64,000 bases of DNA, from assembly GCA_003971905.1 (NCBI GenBank), contig RSEE01000016.1:806001-870000 (forward strand), read 5' to 3'. This document shows, piece by piece, positions 51,756-62,159 of this stretch. The translations under genes were made by a program, and so were the position numbers. Each line of letters starts with the position of its first letter. Positions within the stretch are counted from its first letter, which is position 1. Origin of the DNA: Moniliella sp. 'wahieum' (Eukaryota). The notes under the pieces are model-generated. The model made no database searches. It worked only from the letters and a program-made list of their open reading frames with translations, and was not told the DNA's origin.

Positions 51756-53490
51756 TTACGCCCAGGCTCTTTCGTCAAGCACGGGAGAAAACTGCGGTGG
51801 GGTGGGCGAGGCCAAGGGAAACTGGTGGGATGATGCGCGTGTTTTGACCAGCCCAGGACGCTCATATTTGCGGCCTGAGCGCGTCGAACGGCGTTGCGGT
51901 TCAGGTGGTGCGACAGGAACATACCCATCATCAGGATCCTCCAGCATTGGTGCATGACCCAAAGGATCAGAGTACCCCACGGACCAAGGGATCTCTCCAC
52001 CATGGTACGCGGTGTGGGTCGAACTAGGAATCTGGACCTGTACCGCCCTACTTACCCTTTCTTCTTGTAGGATGAAGGGTCGACGACCGTGGCCTCCCCG
52101 TTTCCATAACAACATTGAGGTAGCCCATCATGAAGGACGAGATGAGCACTTGGTCCCGCAGATTCCGTCGGGGATGAGCTAGCTTCAAGTGACTTAGACG
52201 GTAAATGGCGTGCTCGACATGCAGCGGAAACCGTGTAACCGTCACGTCCCTCAATTCCCCCCAACGCCCCTCCCCATTCAGCCGGAATGCCACCTGGCCT
52301 CGGTTCCATTGGCATTTGCAGTTTGGGTGTTTTTTTCTTGCCAAAGCGACCGAAGAACTTGCTTTCCTCAGCATGCCCTTGGTCGAGAGTAGATTTGCGG
52401 CGCTCCAACTCCCCCTTGGGCTCCGAGCGATCATCCGCGCGCCCGCCAGCCACCCAACCAGATTATTCCTTTTCTTCCGTCCCGATGGTGTGGGAGAGGG
52501 CGGTCCTGAAAAAGGATACTCGGCGGGGGAAGATGGATGTTGGCCCAGTGGAAGAACTTACAGGGAGTGAATACGACCGTGCTGGAGTCTTTTCCTCTTC
52601 CACAGGTCCGGAAAGATGCCAATGCTCCTGTGCAACCTCAAGCTCCATCATTGGTGCGGGGAGAGATGGAAAAGAATGCGGGGAGACGGAAGGAATCATG
52701 TCTACCCCGGCGGGCCATTGTTCGGCATCTTGAAATTGCTCGGAGGTAGGCGAGGTGGTGGGAGAAAGAGACGGTGTCAATCCCATCTGCTTCCTCCTCA
52801 GAAGACCGAGAAGAAGGGGGGCTCTCATTCCCGTCACTCTTTTCAGAAAAAAGGGAGGCGGCGAGCGACGGAGTCAGGGAATTGGATGAAGAAGGGCAGG
52901 AACTCGAACCGGAGGATGCAGTGGAGCAAGTGTCCTCCAACGCTGCCGAATTTAATCCGCCTTCTCCAGGGGACGGGTCTCCTTTCCGGGTACCGCCAAC
53001 GGACGAAAAGGATCAGCTTTACTCAAGTCTACCTCGTTGGCAAGTAAGACCAAGCCAGATGGACTGGCCGTGGGGCTGGCCATTCTCTCCATTGGGAGCG
53101 GTTCTGGATGTTGCCTCGATGCGTACCACAGGCGGGACGAGTGACGGGCGAAGGTAGGATGGGCATGCTGCTGATGATTTTCGCTCGCGTCCTCCGCTCC
53201 GGACAGGGGGGGCGGTGGGTTTCCCCGTCTGCCTTCTCTTTCTCAGTGAGGACAAGGGAAGGGGTGGCTTCGGAATGCGCCCGGGCGGGTACCCAGCCAT
53301 CTTTGGGTCGCGACGGTCCTCGTTTCTTCCGGATGGAAAGACGAGCAACGAGCGTAGGCTCCCATGAACTTGTCGCACTGCGTCCTCCCGAGGGCATGGT
53401 CTATGGGCCGAGGCGGTGGTCCAGGATCAAGAGGTCCAGATGGAGGAGAGAGGAGAGGTCTATTTCTAGCCTGGTCGATATCTATGCAGC
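51756..53490 (-). CDS. Zds1-like protein (Zds_C domain; PP2A-Cdc55 regulator family), frameshifted
   Basis: TRFPLHVEHAIYRLSHLKLAHPRRNLRDQVLISSFMMGYLNVV at ~52240-52110 is the Zds_C signature; Ser/Pro-rich upstream region; start uncertain. Confidence 0.75.
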
Positions 53491-54708
53491 ATAACGCAGG
53501 GCGTTGGCGCAGGGCCGCGTTGGCCCATGCACCCTCGCCGCTATCGGGGTACTACATAGGTGTGGACGCCCTCGTCACGCGTGTCATGTGATACGAGATG
53601 CGTGACATGTGACATGCGTGGTGCCTGCTGGCTGTACGAACGGGTGACCGGTGATTGGCTTGTCGCTGGTGTGATCTGTGACACTGTGATCTCGTGACAT
53701 GCGCCATCCTGCATCCTACTCCTGTGGCCGACGTGGCGCCCCCATCGACCATCCATCTCTCCCTTGGCTTGGCAGTCCTGGGCAGGGAGGGCAAACATGG
53801 TGATCGGACTAGAGCTGCCCTTCAGCAGGGCAGCGCCAGGTAGCGTGCGGGACGATCGCACTACCGTGCTGCTCTGACGCCCTTTTCCTTTGCGCACACG
53901 GGCTCAAGAACATCGTCTACATGTGATGAAGAAACACGGAGGGGATCGACTTTGCCTCTCTCACTCGGGGCGCCCAGGAGAGGTGCACTCGTTCATTCCT
54001 GAAGCGACGGCTGGCGTTGCGAGCACACGTGCACTCACGTACTCAGGACACTCCGATCGACTGGTCCGTCCGCAGAAGGCCTGAGTTAGGCCTAACTGCT
54101 GAGCTCCTGATTCAGTTAACCCTTCTCCTGCACCGCACACTGCCCTTCTCCTCCGCAATCGGTTCGGGATCGACGATCTTTTAAAGCGCACATCTGGCCT
54201 GTGGTTGTGCTCTGTTGTGCCCTCGATAACTTTTACCGTGAGAGCTTGTCTTGATCGCAATCGGGTCGATGAGGCCGACAGATGATCGATGGAGAGCGGC
54301 CGCTCATTAATCATTCCCGCAACCTGAGGACACCCTGGGGTCGGAAAGGCCCCTGGGGGGGGGGTGTAACTTTTGTTGGTCCACTGGGAGAAAGAGCCTG
54401 TCCGCGCGTAAGAGCTATCATGCATCGTGCCAGTGACTGCGATCACACATCATGCATCACCCATGTTTCAAGCTTCAACTTCACCGCCGTCCCATCCAAC
54501 TCTCTTCCCTCCTCTCGACGGGCACCTCTGGATAGGATGGAATACGAATATCATTGCCTCCTGTGACTTGCCTTTCATAAAACCAACACTGTTGAGTTGG
54601 GGATAACCACTGTTGAAGCAGGTCGGTGAGATGAATCTCCTGTGTTGCTCATTACGACGAGTTAGGGATCCTGGGGCCTTACAATGGATGCGTGACGGTA
54701 GCGAACTG

Positions 54709-54721
54709 AAAAAGTGAAAAA
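54709..54721 (-). terminator. Pol III oligo-T terminator of the tRNA-Gly gene
   Basis: TTTTT-CAC-TTTTT on the minus strand, 5 nt downstream of the tRNA 3' end. Confidence 0.7.
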
Positions 54722-54725
54722 GATG

Positions 54726-54831
54726 TGCACTCGCCGGGATTCGAACCCGGGCAACAACTTTTGCTAGCTCACCGTGATGGAACCCCAAATGGAATGGGAA
54801 AGTTGCATCTTAACCACTTGATCACGAGTGC
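54726..54831 (-). tRNA. tRNA-Gly(CCC) with a 34-nt intron (54794-54761) after position 37
   Basis: Acceptor GCACTCG/CGAGTGC+A; D arm ATC-AAGTGGTTAA-GAT; anticodon stem CAACT/AGTTG with loop TT-CCC-A|A; T arm CCGGG-TTCGAAT-CCCGG. Confidence 0.93.
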
Positions 54832-54982
54832 GCTGAGCCTTAGCCTCTCTGCCTACCTTTTGCGTGGGGCTTCCAATGGCAATTACGTAACTTGTTCTGT
54901 TGCCTTTCGGTTTCCTCTTTTCATTTGGTAGAACGCTGATTCCACTTCCGCCACCTACCCCCATCGCCCCTCCCAATTCGCC

Positions 54983-56518
54983 ATGGCGGACACATCTTTA
55001 CTGGAGGTTGCACGTGCGACGCACGAGGAGATTGAGCGATGCGAGCAGGCTATCGTCGACATCCTTCTCTCCGCCCCCTCCTCCTCCGTTGGGCCCGTCT
55101 CGCTCTTGGCTCACAAGCTTGCTCTTGAGCGCGATCACACCATCTCCCACTTGCTCGACCGTCTGGTCCAACGCAAAGCCCAATTGCGCGAATTCTATGC
55201 TGACGAGCCCGAGCGCGCACAGGAGTTGTCCCAGCTTCAGAGTGAGGACGAGTTCCACAAACGTCTGGCCAAGCTGCAAGAGTTCCACGCCAAGTACCCC
55301 CAAGCAGCGCCAGAGGCCATCCAGCTCGACCCCACTGCCCTGGAGGCCGGAGATGTGGACCGGCTCTTCTCGGGGGAAGAGATGGTGGGCAAGTATGTTG
55401 ACCTGGTACTGCAGCATGAACTTTTCACCAATTTGAAGGGGGTGCGCAAGGTGCCGTATGTGACGTATCTGGGACAGTTTGACCAGCTTGCCGAGCCGAC
55501 GGTACCGACGCAGACCAAGAAGACCGAGGCGTACCGGAAATACCTCACCAGTCTGCGGGACTACCTCAACTCTTTCCTGCGCAAAACGGGCCGCTCTCGG
55601 ATGTGGATGCAATTGAACGCGAGGTGGAAGCGCGCTTTGCTCCCCAGTGGGACGCAGGCCAGGTCGAAGGATGGAGCAAGTTTGGTCCTGTCTCCTCGTC
55701 CGGGCAGGCGGGGAGGGGATTTGGTGCGCTGCATGCCGCAAGATGTACGCCAAACAGACGGTGTACGATGCTCACCTCAACTCCCCCAAACACCACAAGG
55801 CGGTTGCCAGGTTAGCCCAGTCCGCCACAGACGATGCCAGCGTCCAGGAAGCAAAAGGCGGAGACAAATGGCGTCATGTGGCGTTGCTGGAGCAGTATGT
55901 GGGGGCCTATGCTCACGCCCTCGAAGATGTGCGGCAAGAGACCCGGTCAAACATTGAGCGTCGCGCGGCGCTCACCGAGCGGGAGCGTGAAGCTGAAGCA
56001 GAGGCGGCCGAGGCTGCGCTGCATGCTACGGGGGAGGAAGCAGAAGAGGCTGTGCGGGAGGATGATCCTGAGGAACGGCTGTACAATCCTCTGCGTCTCC
56101 CTTTGGCTTGGGACGGCAAACCGATCCCCTACTGGCTGTACAAGTTGCACGGACTCGGGGTCGAGTTCAAATGCCAGATCTGCTCAGATTATGTTTATCA
56201 AGGCCGACGGGCATTCGAGCGGCACTTTCAAGAGGCACGCCATGCGTTTGGCATGCGTGCGCTCGGCCTTCCAAACACCAAGCATTTCTTTGAGATCACC
56301 GAAATTGCGGACGCGCTAGCTCGTACGTCCCCGCTTCCCCTTGCTCACCAGATGATGATGATGAGGATACTAACATGAATGCAGTGTCTGAGAAACTGAA
56401 GAAGCAGGGTCGCGAGCTGGCCGAGGAACACAACGAAGCAGAAGAGGTGGAGGACGAGGAAGGCAACGCCTACTCCCGCAAAAACATGGAGATGATGAAG
56501 CGCCAAGGACTGGTCTAA
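54983..56518 (+). CDS. PRP9: Splicing factor SF3a60 / Prp9 (frameshifted)
   Basis: LLEVARATHEEIERCEQ; FSGEEMVGKYVDL; matrin-type finger WCAACRK..HLNSPKH; YNPLRLPLAWDGKPIPYWLYKLHGLGVEFKCQIC..HF.E.RH; EEVEDEEGN..MKRQGLV*; intron 56323-56383. Confidence 0.96.
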
Positions 56519-58732
56519 CGAATGCATTGCAAATTCAAGTGATCCCCCACATTGGGAGGTGATGGGCTGTACTATTGCAGAACGTTCAACGTATTCAAGG
56601 GAAGATGGGAAGGTCAGACGGTGAAGAGGCAATCACAGATACAAGCACCATGAGAGGAACACGAGACTAACGCGCCAAGTCGCAACAACACAACCCAGTA
56701 GTAGATTAGTCACTGCACTCCCCTCCTATTCATTCGTTGATCAACTCCGAGTCTGGAGGGGGACAAGGGGCCCGAGCCAGGCATGGCTACCAAGGTGGAA
56801 GCAGAGTCTGATGCGGCATTGGATGCCGGAATAGGCACAGTAGGGCCTGGAAGCGTGAATGAGAAAGTAACAAAAGGCTTGGACAAAAGGAACAGGAGCA
56901 CCAGAGACGCAGTGAAGCACGAAGCGTTGCGCCCGTTGTACCCAAACCATTCAAACCGGAGCGACAGGGCCCACACATGAAGAGCACCACATGGAGCTCG
57001 AACCAGTCCGCACGATGTAGGCGCACCCTCGCCAGCGATGCACGGGTTATGGTCAATAAATCAACATAGGGGGAAGTGTGCGCCTTTCCTTTGCGGGAAA
57101 AACGACAAGCGCAGGAGGGATATAGGTTCGGTGGTTGGACATGCACAGAAACAGCGTGCGCGCCATGCTGCCGTACTACTCTCAATTGGATGTGTTCTCA
57201 ATGAGCAGACTCATGTCGGGTCACAAGTAGAGAGTGGTATCGCAGAAAAACGGTCTTACAGCCCCCCTGGTCTGCACTCATCTACGCCGCTTTCTCTCTG
57301 TTCAGATCCCCTTCACTTTTCTCCGGCTTATACCTGCCGGCTTACCCCCACCACCCGACGCACCCCACCTGGGACTCTCCATCCGAAGAGTAAACAACTC
57401 ATTTGGGACGAGAGAAGGCTGAGGCCAGCGCATTTCCACATAGCAGGTGGTTGGGCATCGTCATTACTAGTCGCCCTCCTCCTTTTGGTCCCAAGTAATA
57501 GGCGCACGTCGTTGGATCGCCAAGACAGGCAGTGAGAAAACGTTGCGTTTGCTACTGAGCCTCTCATCAGTTCTTCAGCCCGCCCTGTAGATGCAAGATG
57601 AGTCTCATTCCTGTCCCCCTTTGATGCGAGGCCGCACGCAAGTTGCCGCATCGGTCGCGGGCCGCTGACGGCATCGGAGATGTGCGTGATGAGAGGTCCA
57701 AGAGTCCCGTTTCCATTCCCATTCCCTCTTCCTTCCTCAGGCTCAGCCTCACCTTCACCCACACGCGCTGAAACCTTCGACAGCGGGCCGTTTGCAGGAT
57801 GCCTAGACGGAGAGGGGGGGTGGAATTGGACTCGGGCCTCGGGTCAAAGGGTGGCTAGTATGCTTCTCTGATGGAAGGGTTTAGGAAGGCTTAGTACGCG
57901 GGACAGAATTTCAAACGCGGATGTGCGGCGCGTGAAGAGATTGACGAGAACGCAACCAAAGAGAAGTGGGAGTGGGAGCGCGAGAAGAAATGGCTGCCAG
58001 ATTGCGACGTCAGACCTTGGGGTGTCAGGATCTCAGGCTATCATGGTGCGGGTGTGTGGGCGAGGACAGGCGTCGCTCAGACAGACGCCGCCGGGGGGGA
58101 GATGGTGTGCATGTGACACTTTGGGCTGGAAGGATGCATGTCCCAGCTGTTGCATGGTGTCGAGCCGAGGCATTGTGCAATGGCATGCGACATGTGAATG
58201 TGAGCTGTTTATTCGATCCTCAGCGATGCATTGATCCGTGCCGGAGAGGGGATTGAACAGTTGGAACAAACAGGCGCGGGGGGGGCCTCGAGCGATGGAT
58301 TCGCGATTACGTACGGAGATGGTGATAGGGCGGGGTACACTGCATGCCGCCCAGGCCGGCCCGCACGTGCGTCTGGTTCGGCGGCACTGGCCCGCAGGGG
58401 CGGCGGGTGCGGTGGGCCGCGGTGGGTTGCCTGGGGGTGCGTGCCTCGGCGCGGGCATTGTGTCTGCAGCCGGGCGGTGGTGGGTTTGGCGTTTCGTTTG
58501 TTGTGCAGAGCAGTGCCTGCGCGTGCGTTCGTGCAGCGCGCTGGCGCCGGGGTCACATACCGGCCGCTTCGTTGGCGGGCGCCGAGCGCTAAGCAGCTGC
58601 GCTGACTTGCCTCGTGCGGCAGGCGGAGCTCCCTGGTGGGTGCTCCACACTGCCGCCCCATGCGTGTTTGAACCGCGGGGTGCAGCTGGCGCGGCGTGCG
58701 CACTGCTCGCTCCCCCCGATTGCAAACCACAG

Positions 58733-58782
58733 TGTGCTGCCCTGTGCTGCCCTGTGCTGCCCTGTGCTGCCCTGTGCCGCCC
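58733..58782 (+). repeat. 10-bp tandem repeat (tgtgctgccc)x~5
   Basis: Read directly. Confidence 0.9.
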
Positions 58783-59277
58783 CGGCTGCCTGGCCCTGCC
58801 CGGCACGGAAGGAGCGCTCTTGTGGCAGCGTGCCCGCACGGGGGCTGTGCAGCCGCCGTCGTTGGGGGCAGCCGACTGGGGCCAGGGCTGGTGAGTCTCG
58901 AGTAGCGACTTGCCCCACCGGGCCTCCAGGAAGGAGGAGACAAGGCAACGCCCGCTGGCCGTTTCCTTTTTTTTCTCCCCCCTCGCCACCACCCGTCGCC
59001 CACCCGTTCCCCCCACCTTTTCTTCTTCTTGTCTTCACCTCGTCGGATCCTTGATCAGTGTAGCTGGACTACACCTCGCCCGCACGTCTTTTCATCTCGT
59101 ATGTTCTGCCCTCTCGGCGCTCAGCCGGCTCAGTGCTCCCAAGTGTTCTGACGCCCCTCCCCCTCAGTCTTCGTATCCGCCCGCCCCCGTTGTCTCCTTT
59201 CCCCTTCGTCCAGCCGTCATTTCCCCATCATCTTTTACTGTGCTCACCTCCCTCTTCGCCACTCACGTCCATCCGTC

Positions 59278-60255
59278 ATGTCCCTCATCACGTCCCCCTC
59301 CGCGGCGCCGGCCGCGAGCCGCTCCGCGTCGCCTGCTTCCAGCATCTCCCCCAACTCCCCGACTGCCATCAAGCGCGAGCTCGATAACGACGTTACTTCC
59401 CAGGTCAACCTGACGCCGTCCAACAAGCGGACGAAGCCGATGAGCGCCGAGCGCATTGCCCGTCTCGAAGCGCGGCAGGCGCGCAACCGTGCTTCGGCCC
59501 AGGCCAGCCGGGACAAGAAGAAGGCCTTTTTCAACCGGATTGAGGTTGAACATCGCATGCTTTCCCAAGAGAAAATTGGCTGAAACAGCAGAATCAGCAC
59601 CTCTACTCGGCCGTGATGGACTTTGAGAAGCGCCTCCAGATGGCCGAGGGGGTGATTGATGTGCTGACGAACCAGACCAAAAAGACGCAAGGCATGACCT
59701 TGGCTCAGGCTCAGGATCTCGCCCGGTCGCATTTGCCTCCAGCCAGCCCGGAGGCCAATTCTCCCCCCGCGTCGAGCCTGGCCCACGCACCCGCTTCGTC
59801 CCGTGCCTTCCCTCCGTCATTGGGGTCGTTGCCGGCTCAGGGTCCACTTTCGGGTGCTGGCCCTCTCCTCACTCCGCCCTCGATCCCGGGAGTGAACCAG
59901 TACTCGGCGTTGGCTACTGGCTTCCCCTTCCCATCCGCTGTGCCCACCAGTGTAGCTCCCAAGGAACTTTCTACCCTCTCGCCTTCCAACCTGTCGCCCA
60001 CTCAGTCCATGTCCGCCGCGCCCGCTCAACTCGTCACCGGCTCCATCTCTCTCCTCCTCCATCTCTTCCTTGGGTGAGCAGACGGTCGTGGGCGACTGGG
60101 ACTTCCCCTCGTCGGAGAAGAAAGAAGGTGCCGAGAATCTGCTGGGGCAAGACACGGCGTCCCCTGCGTCGCTCGGCACGGGGTTTACCGTGTCGATGCG
60201 CAAGTTTCCCTTTGAGCCAGCCTTTGGTGCGCCTCTTGCGTCCGCCCTAGAGTAA
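59278..60255 (+). CDS. bZIP transcription factor, Hac1/Hxl1/Cib1-like basic region (frameshifted)
   Basis: RLEARQARNRASAQASRDKKKAFFNRIE basic region followed by a heptad segment; Ser/Pro-rich flanks; 3' end uncertain (60077 or 60255). Confidence 0.8.
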
Positions 60256-62159
60256 TGGGTGTGTACTTTTGTGGCACTCTTTCCCCCCACTTCCTGTGCG
60301 CCGGCCGCATGCCACCCTCCCCCCCCCCCCCCTGCTTGCCCCTGCGCACCCTCTATTTTTCCCTCTCTCCCTTTCTCTCCGCTGGCCGGATTAATGCGTT
60401 TGCCGTCATGTGGTTGTGTTCCTGCTGATTTGTTGCCTGGTTTTGGCCCTAATGCGTGGAGGATGTGTTGCCCAACCCTTGAGCTGCGATCGAGATGAAC
60501 GATGTTTTGTTGTATATACATGTTCATTTGGGCTATTGTGAATGAGGACGAGATCTACAGAGAGAGAGAAGATGATGGGTCGATTCCAAGAGAGAAGCCC
60601 GGTCGAGGCAGAATATAGGGAGATCGGACAGAACAGCACCAGGTGTGATGGAAGGTTGAAGGTTGAACGCACGTGGGAGGTAATAGCCTGATGGAGAAAT
60701 GGAGCAGTTCCGTATCCCAAATAGAGCCGCGAATCGGAGCTGCTACACTGAGCCTGGGGGCACTGGGCTGGGCCGTGGGGATTGGACCTACAAACATGGT
60801 CCGAACGGGGACGGGCCTCCCAGCCTGGCTTGCATCCACGCGGGTAGATGCATCTATGTGCCACGGGACACCGAACGCAAGCCAAGACCCATATGCGAAC
60901 GGACTCATAGCGAGCCCGCAAGAGGGGGAGAGCGATACCTTTTAAGCCCTGTTTTGCCCATGTGCTTATGGTTGAAAGAAGGGCTGGAGGGGGGACTGTA
61001 TCCGTCCGTACTCGACCCCGTATTATAGAGAGAGGTAGACAACCCACTCTGCCTCTCCTGCTTCGGATGTCCACTTGCGCCACGAAACGCGCCTGCAGGT
61101 CCACATGCGTAGACCGTCCGAATCCCGTTCTGGGATGTTGAGGCGAATGACGTGAATGACGGACCGGCAAGCGAGGTGGATTTCTGCGATATAGATGAGG
61201 ACGAGAGACGAGAACCAAACGCCGCCACTCACTCCCACGTGCGGACTTGGACGCACCAGCGGAATGCAGTGGGAAAGGGCTGCCAACAGCGTCTTTGGCC
61301 GTGCCGATGATGGCGACGATAGATGACCAATCTATGGCACGTGAGATGTGAGATGTGAGATGCCAATGATTAGTGAGCTCGATGAGCGTTCGCTCAGCCA
61401 CGCATCTCCGGCCACTGTGCAGGGACTTGAAAGCGTTGTGGGTTGCTCCTATTGTGTTGTCACTAGTCGCTACCATGGTCAACTGCCTTACGAGCAGGCC
61501 CCCAGGTGGCCAGGTAGGAGGGTATGGGGGGGGCAGTGCATGCAGTGATGGCCGCAATAGGGTGGCATCCGTTTTCTTTCTGGCCGCCGAGCCGGTGTGG
61601 ATGCGGGTGGGTGGCGACGTTGGCGACGCTGGAGATGGACATGTGGACAGGGCGGAGGGCTGCTGCTGCCTGGAGCAAACAGTGGGAGCAGGGTAGGGTT
61701 AGCGGATCGCCCATGGGATCTGGGCATTACCGTGACATGCATGACATGCATGCCGCCTTGAATGCTGGAAGGAGGTGCGACGTGGAAGGCTGCGCTGAAC
61801 GTGGCACGAGGCCAGGCAGGCCAGCGCGCTGAGCTTGGATCGTGACACGGCTGCCGTGCGTGGCCGTGCGGGGCGACGGCTGGTGCGATGGCCGGCGCAG
61901 CGGTGCAGCACACGTGGGCTGGCAGGTGGGCCTGTCACATGCACGTCACAGCGCACGGCGCCAGTTGCACGCTGCCGGAGTCGGCTGCTGGTGGGACTGG
62001 GTGCGGGATGCTCCGATCAGCGGTCGGCCCCACTGGCTGAGCTGTCTGCTGCGCGGCCTGCTCGCCTGCTATGCCTGGCCGGTGGGCTCGCGGTGCTGCG
62101 GGCCTTCGCCCCGCTGCGGTCCAGCGTCCCCACCATCCGCCTGCTCCTTCTCGCCTCAC

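Noticed and set aside
13539..56518. U2 snRNA and PRP9 (a U2 snRNP protein) in the same window as a functional cluster
   Set aside because: They are 41 kb apart with many unrelated genes between; coincidence is sufficient.
56710..57800. Possible minus-strand membrane-protein fragments downstream of PRP9
   Set aside because: No consistent frame or family motif found.
58033..59054. Overlapping 150-330 aa ORFs on both strands
   Set aside because: GC-rich, low-complexity upstream region of the bZIP gene; stop-codon scarcity explains them.
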